A stretch of 64,000 nt of DNA, taken from positions 67,394,001-67,458,000 of the forward strand of contig NC_135895.1 in assembly GCF_964194155.1 (NCBI RefSeq), in the 5' to 3' direction. The stretch's first letter is position 1. Each line of letters opens with the position of its first letter. Both the position numbers and the translations under genes were made by a program. The notes under the pieces are model-generated. The model was not told the DNA's origin, did no database searches, and saw nothing but the letters and a program-made list of their open reading frames with translations. The DNA comes from Cetorhinus maximus (lineage: Eukaryota). Below are positions 38,095 to 51,302 of this stretch, piece by piece.

Positions 38095-39985
38095 CAGAAC
38101 CACTCAGCTCATTTACAACCTTGGCCCAAACATGGACAATAGAGCTGAATTCCAGAGGTCAGGTGAGGTTCTGAAGTGGCCGTCCTTAACATTAAGGCAG
38201 CATTTAACCAAGTGTGGCATTGAGGAACCATAGCAAAATTGAAGTCAATGACAATTGGGGTGGAAAACGCACCACTGGCTGGAGACATACCTAGCACAAT
38301 GGATGATAGTTATAGGCCTGAGTTTTCAACTAGGTGGGCGGGCGCGATCAGCAGGCCCGGGGGTCGGCCGGGAAATGGACTGCTGACCGCGATCAGCCCC
38401 GACCGTGATTTCACACTAGCTGGCCAATTAACAGCCAGCCAGCGTGAAACTCACGCTGAAAAGCTCAGCGCTGCCGGGGTGGGGGCGGGAAGAGGGCGGG
38501 CGATGACGTCGACGCGGGCATGGGCCAGCACTGACAGAAAGCTCCCTGAAGGCAGAGAGCTGCTTCAAGGAGCAAAAGACCTGAAACAACAAAAACAAAG
38601 GTTTCAAAAGCTGAAAAAAGTGTCCATGCATCATAATCAGTCACCTGAAAATGTAACTAATGAAAATGCTGTCTGCAGAAATTTATTTACATTTTATTTT
38701 ACCACAGAAACCTCATCCCACCCATGGATGAGGTTTAATGAAAAATGTAAAGGCCGCCTGGCCGATTCACCCATCCGACAACCATAAGGTTGGATGAGCA
38801 ACTAAAAATCGGAGTCAATTGCGCCATTAATGGGCTTAATTGACCTCTTAATTGTCGGCGGGTGCGCTTCCAACTTTTGTGTGTGCCTGCCAACCAAAAT
38901 GTCGCGTGAGCGTGGGATGACATCAAGATGCTCGCCCATGTCATCTCGTGCTATTTTGCGTCCAATCGGGTCAGGCACCCGCCCGCCCATGAGGCGTAAA
39001 ATTCAGCATGTGGTTGTTGTAGGTCAATGATCTCCAGGACATCACTGCAGGAGTTCCTCAGGGCAGTGTCCCAGGCTCAGCCATATTCAGCTACTTCATC
39101 AATAATCTTCAATCCATCAATTGGTAAGAAATGGGGATGTTCGCTAATGATTGCTTAGTGTTCAGTACCATTCGCAACTCCTCAGGTACCAGAGCAGTCC
39201 ATGCCTGCATGTAGTAAGACCTGGACAACATTCAGGCTTGGAGTGATAATCTGCAAGTAACACTCACGCCACACAATTGCCATGCAATGACCATCTCCAA
39301 CAAGAGTAAATCTAACTGCATTCTCTTGACTTTCAATGGCATTACCATTGCTGAATTCCCCACCATCAAATCAACATCCTCGGATTAGCATTGTACAGAA
39401 ACTTAAGTGGACCAGCCACATAATTACTATGACCACAGTAGCAGGTCAGAGGCTGGGTAGTCTGCAACAAGTAACTCACTTCCTGGCTCCCCAAAGCTTG
39501 TTCACCATCAACAAGGCACAAGTCAGGAGTGCAATGGAATTGTCTCCATCCAGTTCAAAGCAGCCTGCTTGATCAACACCCTCTCCATCACGTTCAACAT
39601 TGACTCCCTCCCCAACTGGTGCATGGAGGCTGCAGTGTGTGACATCTGCAAGATGTACTGCAGTGACTATCCAAGGGTTCTTGACAACACCTTCCAAATC
39701 TACGGCCTCACTCACCCAGAAGAATAAGGGCAGCAAGTGCATGGAAACACTACCACCCACAAGTCTCCTCCAAGTCTCTTCTGACTTGGGACTATATTCC
39801 CATTCCTTCATCCCTGTGTCAAAACCCTGGAACTCCCTACCTAACAGCAATATGGTTTTATCTACACCACATGAACTGTAGCAGTTCAAGAAGGTGGTTC
39901 AGCACCAGCTTCTCTAGGACAATTAGGGATGGACAACAAATGTTGGCTTTCCTGTGTTCACATCCCATGAAATGAATAAAATTTG
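38095..39985 (+). mobile_element. Family-B LINE 3' part, split by a MITE
   Basis: Collinear with 12140-13350. Confidence 0.85.
38315..39009. mobile_element. Harbinger MITE (~695 bp)
   Basis: GGCCTGAGTTTT ... AAAATTCAGCAT; shared subterminal motifs and the AAACCTCATCC/GGATGAGGTTT hairpin. Confidence 0.85.
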
Positions 39986-40134
39986 TTTCTCTTACCACGT
40001 GTAATTCTTCTGTCAAGCACCTTAAATCTGTGTCCTCTGGTTTTCTGCAGATTCAATAGACACTGTTATAATGTACTTTAACACAAAGATCCAACAAACA
40101 ACACTGAGAAAAGTGACCAAATAATCTTGATTTT

Positions 40135-42470
40135 AAGATCATAAAAAAATAAGAGCAGGAGTAGGCCATTCGGCCCATCGAATGCTTCGCCATTCAATAA
40201 GATCATAGCTGATGTGATTGTGGCCTTAAATCCACTTTCCTGCCTGTCCCCCATAACCCTTGACTCTCTCATCAATCAAAAATCTTTTTGACTCAGCGTT
40301 AAATATATTCAATGACCCTGCCTCCGTTGCTCTCTGAGATAGAGAATTCCACAGACTAATGAGCATCTGAGAGAAGAAATTCCTCCTCATCTCTGTCTTA
40401 AATGGGGGACCCCTTATTTGCAAACTGTGCCCCCTAATTTTAGAATCTCCCCACAAGAGGAAACATCCTCTCTCTGTGAAGTCCCCTTATAATCTTATAT
40501 GTTTCAATAAGATTACCTCTCATTTTTCTAAATTCCAATGAGCATAGGCCCAAACTTCTTCTCCTTTCCTTGTAAGGCAACTCCTTAGCCCAGGAATGAG
40601 CCTGGTGAACCTTCTCTAAACTTTTTCTAATACAAGCACATCCTTTCTCAAGTAAGGAGACAAAAACTGTACACAGTACTCTAGGTGCAGTCTCACCAAT
40701 GCCCTGTAGAGTTGGAGCAAGACTTTTGTACTTTTATACTCCACCCCTCTTGCAATGAAGACCAACATTCCAATTGCCTTCCTAATTATTTGCTGTACCT
40801 GCATGCTGACTTTTGTGATTCATGAACGAGGACCTCTGTACTGCAGCTTCCTGCAGTGTCTCTCCAATTAAATAATATTCTGTTTTTCTATTCTTCTTGG
40901 CAAAGTGGACAACCTCACATTTGTCCACATTATACTCCACTTGCCAATGTTTTGCCTATTCATTTTACTTATCTATATCCCTTTGCAGATCCTTTGTATC
41001 ACCCTCACAACTTGCTTTCTTACCTATCTTTGTATCCTCAGTAAATTTGGCTATAGTACAGTTGATCCTTTCATCCAAATCATTAACGTAAATCGTAAAT
41101 AGTTGAGGCCCCAGCACTGATCCCTGCGACACTTCACTAGTTATAGTTTGCCAAACTGAAAATGACCCATTTATTCCAATTCTCTGTGTCCTGTTATTTA
41201 GCCAATCCTCTATTCGTGCTAAAATATCACTCCCAACACCATGAACTGCCTCTAATGTGGCAACTTATCAACGCCTTTTGGAAATCCAAATACACGACAT
41301 CTTCTGGTTTTGCTTTATCCACCCTGATTGTTACATCCTCAAAGAATTACTCTAACAAATTTGTCAAACATGATTTCCCTTTCACAAAACCATATATACT
41401 CTGCCCGTTTGTATTTTGATTTTCTAAATGTCCCACTACTACCTCCTTAATAATGAATTCAAGCATTTTCCCAATGACAGTTGTTAGAATAACTGGCCTA
41501 TAGTTTCCTGCTTTCTGTCTCCCTCCTTTCTTCAATTGTAGTGTTATACTTGTGGCTTTCCAATCCACTGGGATCTTTCCACAATCTAGGAAATTTTGGA
41601 AGATTACAACCATTGCATCCGCCATCTCTGCAGCCACTTCCTTTAAAAGACCCCAGTATTCAGGCCATCAGGTCCAGGGGACTTGTCAGCCTTTAGTCCC
41701 ATTAATTTTCCAGTACTCCTTCTTTAGTGATTATGATTGTTTTAAGTTCTTCCTTCCCTTTTGTCCCCTGCTTTTCTACTATTCTTGATATGCTTTTGTC
41801 TCTTCTACTATGAAGACAGATACAAAGTATTTGCTCAAGGTCTTTGTGATTGCTTTGTTTCCCATTATTAATTCCCCAGTCTCACCTTCAAAGGGACCAA
41901 CGCTCACTGTCGACACTCTTTTCCTTTTTATACACTTGCCTGTTTTTATATTTTTGCTAGTTTTCTCTCAAACACAACTTCTCCCTATGAATATTTTTTA
42001 GTCATCCTCTGCTGGTTTCTAAAATTTTCCCAATCTTATGGCCTACCACTAATCTTTGCAGTATTGTACATCTTTTATTTCAATCTGATATCATTCTTAA
42101 CTTCCTTAGTTAGCCACAGAAAGTGCATCCTTCTTGTAGAGTCGTTCTTTCTCAATAGAATATATTTTTGTTGAGAGTTATGAAATATCTCCTTAAATGT
42201 CTGCTACTGCTTCTCTACCATCTTACCTCAGTCTATTTTAGCCAGCTGTCTTCATACCCTTACCAGGGCTAAAATTGCCTGTTCACTGATTTCAAAACAT
42301 TGTTCTTAGAAATTGCCTGAATGCATTCTATGAACTCATCCCACTAGGCTACCTTTGCCAATTTGATTATTTGAACATTTTCTTGATAAATACTCTGTCC
42401 TAGAGTGTAGCTAATGTCAGGGGGCCAATAAACCACTCCCAGCAGTGACTCCTTTCCTTTGCTATTTCTC
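40135..42470 (-). mobile_element. CR1 (HER1-type) ORF2 remnant with internal deletions
   Basis: KAGNYRPVILT, YGFVKGKSCLTNLLE, LVRLHLEYCVQF, RGHSLQIRG, tail at 40140. Confidence 0.9.
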
Positions 42471-42474
42471 ACAT

Positions 42475-42975
42475 TGCTTGTTGAGACCACAGCTGGAGTA
42501 CTGTGTACAGTAGTGGTTGCCTTATTTAAGGAAGGACATAATGTGTTGGAAGCAGTTCAGAGAAGGTTTACTAGACTTAATACCTGGAATGGGAGGCTTG
42601 ATTTATGAGGAAAGGTTGGACAGGCTAGGCTTTTATCTGCTGGAGTTCAGAAGAGTAAGAGGCGACTTGATTGAAACATATAAGACCCTGAGGGGTCTTG
42701 ACAGGGTTGATATGGAGAGGATGTTTCATCTTTTGGGAGAATCTAAAACTAGGGGTCACTGTTTAAAAACAAGGGGTTACCCATCTAAGACAGAGTTGAG
42801 GAGAATTTTTTCTCTCAAATTGTCATGAGTCTTTGGAACTCTGTTCCTCAAAAGGCAGTGGAAGCAGAGCTTTTGAATATTTTAAAGGCAGAGCTAGATA
42901 GATTCTTGATAAGCAAGGGGGTAAAAGGTTATCAGGGGCAGGTGGGAATGTGGAGTTGAGGTTACAATCAGAATT
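42475..42975 (+). mobile_element. CR1 3' part
   Basis: YEERLDRLG..RVRGDLIETYK..TRGHCLK. Confidence 0.88.
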
Positions 42976-43637
42976 ATAATCAAAAAAAGCTGGAGGCCAA
43001 GAGTGATTGAATGACAAAAGGAATGATGGTGCAATGCAAAAAGTAATTACATTGCTGAACAACTCTGTTCAGTTTGCAAGCTTTACCCAGCTTCTGGTCT
43101 CTTGACATTTTCATTCTCCAACCATCTCCCACTCTGAGCTCTCTGTGCTCTGCCTCCTAAACTACTCCAATGAAGCTCAACAGAAGCTCAAGGAACAGTA
43201 CCTCATCTTTCATTTAGGCCCTGTTTACAAATTGACAGACTCAACAATGAGTTCAACAATTTCAGGTCATAACCACTGCTTCCATTTTTATGGACAGCAG
43301 TTACTGATGGTGAATTTGCTATGCTACCATTGACTTCTTCTCTAAATCCATCATTTGTTTCTTTACTTTTTATATAGTGCATCAGTCATGGCTCACTTGT
43401 TAGCACTCTTGTTCTGAGCCATAAAGTTCCACCTTCAAGTGCCATTCCTGGTCTTGAGCACAAAAATCAAGGCTGACACTCCAGTTCAGTACCAAGGGAG
43501 GGGGGGAGAGGAGCACCTTGAAACATACCTTGCGCTGGCCATGGTTTCAGTGGCAAATAGGTGCACACACTAGAACGAAGCCCTTGAACCCACAGTCACT
43601 CACTAGTCGTCGACAGAAAGAGGATCTTTGGAGCATC

Positions 43638-44896
43638 ATGATGGCTTGTGTCTTTTTCTCATTGATGCTGCAGAGAGGAGGCCTTAAGGAAGATGAAGGC
43701 TGGATTTATTGCTGCCTACATTCTTGCATACAGTCAGGAGAGAAGTGAAGATTGCGATGGTGGCACCAGGCCCGTCAAAGGGAGGAGCTCCGCCCTCATG
43801 AACAAGGGGCAGCAGGACCTCCTCCGGACGGACAAGATGAGGGCCACAGAAACGTGGAAGGTGGCTCTCAAGACCGAGGGTGTACAGAACACACATGTCT
43901 TATCTGCAGATCAGCAACAATACCTCCATATGTCCAGGGATTTGGTGCTCACATCTGTTACATTCTCCAGGAGTTGACCTCCATTGCCAGTGTGTCTGAA
44001 AGTCACCACAGCACTTAACTTCTAAACAAATGGCTCTTACAGGGTTCTACTGGGGACCTAGCGGGATCTCTCAAGCTTGGACACACAGGTGCAGACAGGA
44101 AATAACAGACGTGCTTTTTACCAAAGCCCACAATTACGTTGACTTTGTGAGAGATCAAGCAAGCCAGGATGCCAAAGCACTGAACTTTGCTGCAATTTCT
44201 AGATTCCCACAGGTGCAGGGTGCCATCAACTGTGCTCATGTAGCTATCAAAGCTCCCTGGCGACAGGCACTCCAACACATAAACAGGAAAGGCTTCTACT
44301 CACTCAATGTGCAGCTGGTCTTCGACCACAAGAAACAAATCATGCAGGTGTGTGAGAGATATCCGGGAAGCTGCCACGACTTGTGCACCTTGAGCAGATC
44401 GCAGATCCCTGACATCTTTGAGGGACCACACAGAATCCAAGGTTGGTTCTTCAGTGACAAAGGGTGTCCACAAAGGACCTGGCTGATGACACCCATGCGG
44501 TGGACATAAAATCCTGCTGAGAAGCTACAACGATGCTCACACTGCTACGTGAACATTGGTGGAGCACACCATTGGCATCTTGAAAATGCGATTCTGATGC
44601 CTCGACAGATGTGGCGGAGCATTCCAGTACAGTCCCCAGAGAGTCTCACATATCATCATGGTCTGCTGCACATTGCGCAACCTGGCACTGCAAAGTGGGG
44701 AGGACTTGCCAGATGCAGACATGGAGGAGTTGCACATCTCCTCTTATGAGGAGGACATTGAAAGGGATGAGGGTGATGTGGTCCAAAGGAAGCTGGGGTT
44801 GCAGTGGAAGAGGCCATCATACAGGCCTGATGAATCAGGCATGTGCATGAGGCCCTCCCAGCCACCAGATTCCACGAGGAGGATGATGAGTTGTAG
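43638..44896 (+). pseudogene. Harbinger transposase pseudogene
   Basis: GAINCAHV (first catalytic D reads N), NRKGFYSLNVQLV, YPGSCHD, FSDKGCP, VCCTLRNLA; frameshifts. Confidence 0.88.
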
Positions 44897-45759
44897 TGAG
44901 AATCGTCTTGGACAAGTGCCCTCCATCATGGGCCCAAATGAACACCAGCATTGCTCTCTCTCTCTCTCATTTCAACCATGCACTTCAATCTGAGAGTGAG
45001 TATTTACACATTTGGCTAACCATTGTCCTGAAAGATCAGGAAGCATCGGGCGCATTTGTCCTTGCTGAGATGAGGTGCTACCTAGAGGAGAGCGTCCCAG
45101 CATCAGAAGTCAGAAGTTACTGCCTCTTCTAGCATCTCTCCAGCATCCCAGTTGCTACAGCGCCTAACAGAGACAGGAGTTGCTCTACAATCCTCAGTGG
45201 ACTTATAGCTGTATGCCTTCATTCTGAAAAAGCTCCTTAAGGAGCTCCATCTCCACCAACAGGACAATGCATTCTGTGTTACCTTGATGGTGACACTGAT
45301 GGGTCACTCTTGGACCAAGGCAGCCAAGGACGTTCAGCAGATCTTAATCCATTTTGACATTACTTAGTCACCTGTGTCACTTTCTTCTCCATCACATTGA
45401 CATTTAGCACCCTCAGTTAGGGATGCGGGCCTGCATTCATCCTGACCTTTCCATGGATGTGAACCACCTGAGAATCATGATGTTCACACACTTGCCTGCC
45501 TTCAGCTTCACTACATCCTTGCTCCTATCCCATTACTGCCATCAACATTGTCTAAAGCTACCATATATGTGCTTCCAGAAGCATGCTCAAATGCTCCATT
45601 GGCTCAACACATCACCATTTGGATTTATCATCACTGACCTTGCCGAGTGTTTAGGTGAGGGCATGCCACGCAGAAGGTATGTCACAACGCTGCATCCCTA
45701 CATTGTGACGAGAGCCTTGTGGCTGCAATACAGACAACTACAAGGTGAGAAAGGCTCCA

Positions 45760-45888
45760 GGCCAGGGTTTTATGGCCCCGCCGCGGCATCTCTCCCCTCC
45801 CAGGGGATGCAGCGAGTCATTTAACTCTCCATTCAGTTCGGCAGGACCATAATATCCTGCCAGACGGGAGGGCCATAAAATCCTGGTC
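45760..45888. mobile_element. 129-bp Harbinger-type MITE nested in the large Harbinger
   Basis: 19-bp TIR GGCCAGGGTTTTATGGCCC / GGGCCATAAAATCCTGGTC; flanks CCA/CAA. Confidence 0.85.
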
Positions 45889-46589
45889 CAAGTGTTGTAG
45901 GGCCAGGACAATGATGTGGCTTTGAGGGGTAGAGATCTGGCACATTGAGGTGGGAAGGTGCTCACACTTATCACTGAGCTTAGCAGATGTACAGTCTGCG
46001 CAATGCGCAATGCAGACAGGAGCACACAGGAGCTCTGAGTAAGGGCTCATTGATTGAAAATCCTGCCGGATGCCAGTGATTACATGGAGTTCCAGGATCT
46101 ATGATCCTTCTCCATGTGTTTGGATATCTCTTATCGGACACAACACCTTCACCTTTCAATAATGCAGACAAGATGGGTGAGCACCTCAGCCTCAATCTTA
46201 AACTGCCAAGTATGAACATGACATGACCCAGAAAAGCATGTGAACGAGGTTCCTCACACAAGCATACTTGACATTAAGGACGAGGCGTCATTGATGTAGA
46301 GAATGACCTGAGAACGGCATACACTGTTGTGATATGGAAACAGACAACATCGATCAGAGGCCCATGGTAGTGACATTGGCGATAAGTCGGGGGCAGGACC
46401 ATGGTGTCACAACTGATTAACAACACAGCTCATCATGAAGAGGAGGCATACACAAGTGGAGATGTGAAATGGGTGCAATTCTATTTACATTTATGAAAGT
46501 TATATATATGTGGTACACACCCATGCCATCATTGTGCTCCTAATATTTCATAATTTTCCTAACCCTTCCGCTACGTCTACCAGTGTTGG

Positions 46590-47800
46590 CCTCAGTGCAT
46601 TGGCATGCCGGCGTTATAACCTCAGACTGAACACAAATGGACTGCCCCATCATCCGTTGCAATCTGAGGAAAGCAGCTGACAACCATTACTGATATCCCC
46701 CTGACTTTGGCTGTAGCTCCACCAACTCAGGACGCTTGCCCTCAGACTCAGCAGAATCCTGGCCTCCAACAGCTCTCCAAGTGCTGGCGACCTCAGATGT
46801 CTCTGCCTCTGCCTGCTGTGGAACAGATTGTGTGCTGTGCTCATCAGATTGTGACCCCGAGGCTCCTCTAGAAGTAGTCCCACCAAAGTGTGTATCTCTG
46901 TGCTGATGGAGGGTGTGGTTGAGCGCTGTGATGGGTCTTCTATCGTGCTCTCCTCTGGTTCCTCATCCGAGGTGTCCTCAGGGCTGGAGCTGAGGGCCTG
47001 GCTTGTGGATGCCTTGGGGCACTTTCCAGGGGTGCCTATGAAAGAAAGTAGAGATAATTAGTGCATGGCAGGCACTGGAAGACATGACAATACACTCACA
47101 GTATCATTGTCTGAGGGACGAGCTGATGCAGGATCCTCACTTAAGTGTGCGCTGCTGATCTCACCGTCACCACAGGCACAGTCCCAGTCCTCTCTGGCCA
47201 GCATGATGGCATACTTCCCATAGGGAATGAGGGCCTTGATTTCATCCACTTCACCCTGGCCTGGCACCTCTCCCTACTATTGGGTGTGAGCTCCTCCTGC
47301 ATGAAGACAAATGGAGATAGTGTGAGTGGGATACATGCCAAGGCAGAGGATAAGGATGCCTGCCTTGTGTGGGTGGTGAGTGCAGCAGTGCAAGGATGAG
47401 GCCGTGAGCCACATGGGATATAAGCGCAGCTGGAGATGTGAAGAAGTTTGTGAGAGAATGAATGGTGATGTCCCTTGAGCTGGCAGTGCGTGAGACCCCT
47501 ATGAAGTGTCATGCTGCAGGCTTTTGAGTGTTTGAGCTGAGAGTGATGAGATGATTGACTTAACCTGGTGGAACTGATGAGACCATTCATCCTCTTTCTG
47601 CCTGGATTGCCGAACTTTTCTGTGCAGCGTTAGTGCTGACTGCAGCTGCCACCACCTCCGAAGCCGGATTGGTGGCATTGGTTGACCTTCTTCAGCCAAG
47701 ACGAGGGTAGATGAAGTGGTCCCTCCATGGCATCCAGCAGGTGGCCTAGCGAGGCGTCTCTAAATTTTTGGGCAGCAAGCTTCTTCCCTTTGGAAGCCAT
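46590..47800 (-). pseudogene. Harbinger Myb/SANT-like DNA-binding protein gene, spliced, decayed
   Basis: MASKGKKLAAQKFRDASLGHLLDAMEG; homologous to 62034-62274; later exons bounded by AG/GT (e.g. ~47142-47297). Confidence 0.75.
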
Positions 47801-48157
47801 GTCTTCAGTGGAGCAGTTCTGGGCTTCAGACATTGAGAAAGCTGTGAGCAGGTGCAGCTTAAAATGGTGCCCAGAGCAAAGAACCGCTGAGGTCACAGCA
47901 CGGTAGGTGAATAGGAGGCTGCCCGCCCATAATCCGACATGTTTTCTGCGATGCATGATTAATGAGGCGGGAAGCAGACAATATGGCACAAAAACCCGCC
48001 ATTGAGCCCGGTGGGAAAAATGCAACTTTTTCCACCCACCACCGCACTTAGAGCGCAGATGGGAAAATCCTGCCCAGAATATCTGGTCATTATCACATTG
48101 CTATTCGTGGGAGATTACTATGTACAAATTGGCTGCTGTGTTTCCTATATTACACTA

Positions 48158-48430
48158 ATTTTTTTATATTCTTTTCATTGAATGTGGGTGTCGTTGGCAA
48201 CGCCAGCATTTGTTGTCCATCCCTAATCTCCTTTTGAACTAAGTGGCTTGCAAGGCTATTTTAGAGAACAGTTATGAGTCAACTACATTGCTGTGGGTCT
48301 GGAGTCAAATGAAGGCCAGACCAAGTGAGGATGGCAGGTTTCCTTCCCTAAAGGACGTTAGTGAACCAGATGGGTTTTTACAGCAATCGATGATAACTTT
48401 GTGGTCACCATTACTGAGACTAGATTTCAA
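48158..48430 (-). mobile_element. SINE fragment sharing the family-B LINE tail; central block resembles the MetaSINE domain
   Basis: Reverse complement AAAACCCATCTGGTTCACTAACGTCCTTTAGGGAAGGAAACCTGCC.. followed by the tail ATTAGGGATGGACAACAAATGCTGG..CCCACAT. Confidence 0.65.
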
Positions 48431-50709
48431 TTTCACATTATGTTTTAAAAGTACTTGGCTGTAAAACACTTTGAGACATATGGTGGCTATGGAAAGCATT
48501 ATATTAATGCAAGTCTTTCTTGCATTGCCACTCCCATTTGCCTTGCATCATGATCCTTTTTGTCATTTAATCATTCCTGCTTTCCACCCTATTTCTGACC
48601 TATGGCTTTGGGCTTTCCTGCCCACTTCTCTTTCCTGCCTCTGTATTTGCTTAAAAAACTGTTAAACTCTAACTTTTCAAGTTCTGGCAAAAGATCAGGA
48701 ACCTGAAGCGTTGACTCTGTTCCTCTCTCCACAGATGGTGCTTTGACCTACTAAGTATTGGCAGCTTATTTTGTTATTACAAATCCACATAGCTTTTCTG
48801 CTCCATTTTATAGGGCTTTATTGATTTTCTTTAGAAACAGTTAAACTTGGAGCTGAAATTGAGCCCATTTCGAATTCACAATACAATTTGGCACTTATCA
48901 TTAGAGTCCATTCCATTACATGCTCTCCATTGTCCATGGTATAACCTTTTACAGCACAGGCTATTCTAGGAACTGGGAAAATCTTTAAAACTTTGCAAAT
49001 CTAATGACTTTTTTTAGTAGAGGACATTTGTTTCTTTTAGGCCTCCACTGATTGGAGTAGCATTAGGATACTGGAAAACCGAGCTCAGGGAAGTCTTCCA
49101 AATTCAGCTCTTTTACCATGCAGAATAAACAGATAACAACAAACATGATGATTAACGCAGAGGGTTTAGTAAGAGTTCCCTGAATAAATGGCCCCTACAA
49201 AAGCTCTAGGATACTGTCACTTCGTGGATATGTTGTACAAGAAGTTATTCAGCCCTGCAGATCCTCTGCATGAACTCATTTCACACAACAGCATTAGCCA
49301 AACTTCCCCATGCATGTATAAATAAACAATAAAATACTGCATCAAATAGGTCATAAATGGATCATAACCAACAGCTTATTATTCATCCCAAATAAATTCT
49401 GCCAATCAGTTGCCTCAAGAAAATAGCACAAAATTTTAAAAATAAATCATATTCTGAGACAGACTGCTAGCCATGCTTCAATACATAGCACCAATGAAAG
49501 TGACCTGAAAATCCACAGCCCCAGTTGTGCACTCCATAATTTTACCACAAATGCAACAGAGGAGGCAGAAAATTCAGTCGAGACTCCGTTACATCCAGCT
49601 TTCACTGCCCATTTGTAGAGGAGTCTGTTTTTGGGGCAGAAGCTCTGTCACCCTGACAAGGCTCATTTGTTTCAAAGAAATTCAGATGCGTTTTTTTCAG
49701 TCTTTGGTTGTGATGTATATCCCTTTCCTCATTTTCAGCCTTTGCCTCATGTTGTCATGTGATTGGGAAGTGATGCAGCAATTCAAGGTTGAGTAATCAG
49801 GAGGAGAGGATTACCTGTAATATAAAGTAATATTTTTTGACATTATATATGCACATAACATCAACATAAATGCAAATGAATTAATTTCACATAGTCCTCT
49901 ATTTTAACCCTTAGCTTTATAATTGACCCACAGTAACTGATGGAGACACTGCAGCCCAGAGACTGTCTAAATCTCAGTCCTTTTAGGGGATGTTATTTGC
50001 CATTTTTTTTTTTGCTTTTATCTAAATTGGCATTACTTATCTGTGTGCCTTGGCAATGAGTGTGAGCAAGCTATTTATTTATGGGCATATGAGAGTTGAG
50101 TGTGTCCTTGCCTAACATTCAGTTACATATAGTTGCATCAGGAGTCACTGTTTCTTTCCTTCCCATTCTGAGGACCATCTAACTAAGCACATGGCTTAGA
50201 TGCAGGCCTCATCCATATGGCTCAGTTATTGAATGAATAAACTCAATGGAGTAGATTGTACTCATTGGAAATAACAATCAGAAGGTCATTGAACCTTTCA
50301 TGGCACTGCATCCAGATCCTTGGAGCGTGATGACTGGCATTAATCGTGAAGGCTAGCCATTCCTACCTCCTTCGTAATGTCTGTCTGGATGACCTAGTGG
50401 GGCCCTGAGGGAAGAGAAGCTCTCTATGAGATTTGATGTTAATATTTGCAGCAGAATAGCAAAGGAGGAAGGAAGCACAGGAAATCTGGCACAGACAGGA
50501 AGGGTCCTGCGACCCAGCAGCTCCATGTCCCAAGGGTGTAGCCTACACCCCCACCATCCCCAGCTGTGTACAGGTTGGATCCCTACCCCACCACTAGCCT
50601 ACACCTCCCTCACTGCAAGTGTCTCTGGTGCTGTGACCCTTCATTCAGACCTCCTGTTGTCTGAGGAAAATGGTGCTGCTGTTTAAGATCGAAACTTGTT
50701 ACACTCAGT

Positions 50710-51075
50710 GTTAGGTCCAGAAGGTTGTAAAGTTTCCAGTAAAAGATGAAGCATTGTTCCTCGAGCTTCCACGGAGTTTCATTGGAACAGTGTAGAAGGC
50801 CGAAGACAGAAAGGTCAGCGTGGAGTTAGGTGGAGAATTAAAATGGTGAGAGATCTGATGCTCGGGGTCACACTTCTGGACTGAACACAGGTGTTCTGCA
50901 AAGTGATCAGCTAATCTGTGTTTGGTCACTCCAGGGTAGAGGAGATTGCAACATGAGCAGCCAGTACAGTATACTAAATCGAAAGAAGTGCAAGTAAATC
51001 TCTGTTTTACCTGGAAGGCTTGGGGTCCTAGATGATGACAAGGAAATGGGCGAAAGGCAAATGTTGCATCCCCTG
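50710..51075 (-). mobile_element. Penelope-like GIY-YIG endonuclease fragment
   Basis: FQVKQRFTCTSFDLVYCTGCSCCNLLYPGVTKHRLADHFAEHL..HHFNSP. Confidence 0.85.
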
Positions 51076-51084
51076 TGCTTTTTA

Positions 51085-51302
51085 AAATTTCATTCCTGAA
51101 ATATGAGCATCGCTGGCAAGGCCAGCCTTTTTTACCCATCCCTAATTGCCCTTGAGAAGGTGATGATAAACCACCTTCTTGAACCACTTCAGTCCATGTG
51201 GTGTAGTTACATCCACAGTGCTGTTAGGAAGAGAGTTCCAGGTTTTTGACCCAGTGACAGTGAGGGAACAGCAATAAGTTCCAGGTCAGGATGGCATATG
51301 GC
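51085..51302 (-). mobile_element. Family-B LINE tail
   Basis: Reverse complement of the 13130-13345 type tail. Confidence 0.8.

Larger units (their letters stand above)
43501..48075. mobile_element. Large two-gene Harbinger, left end lost
   Basis: Convergent transposase (+) and Myb/SANT (-) remnants; right TIR GAAAATCCTGCCC. Confidence 0.85.
43380..48520 (+). mobile_element. tRNA-derived Deu-type SINE, split (head 43380-43500, body 48076-48157, tail 48435-48520)
   Basis: Head TGGCTCACTTGTTAGCACTC..TTCAAGT..CTTGAGCAC; body CAAATTGGCTGCTGTGTTTCC; tail ATGCAAGTCTTTCTT. Confidence 0.7.
43100..48780 (+). mobile_element. Penelope-like element 3' part split by nested insertions (pieces 43100-43370 and 48520-48780)
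   Basis: GIY-YIG C-terminus SNEAQQKLKEQYLIFHLG; the 3' UTR resumes at 48520; decayed hammerhead motif at ~48680-48718. Confidence 0.65.

Noticed and set aside
38239-38787. 182-aa ORF and similar ORFs in MITEs
   Set aside because: GC-rich MITE sequence; frames are not conserved between copies.
40135-42975. Twin-priming inversion of one CR1
   Set aside because: Both opposed pieces contain the same 3' region, so they are independent insertions.
49540-49830. Minus-strand TTACAG|GTAAT junction (recursive splice site or exon) and a 50-codon open stretch
   Set aside because: All frames from the acceptor hit stops and the polypyrimidine tract is weak; a similar plus-strand motif at ~15045 suggests chance.
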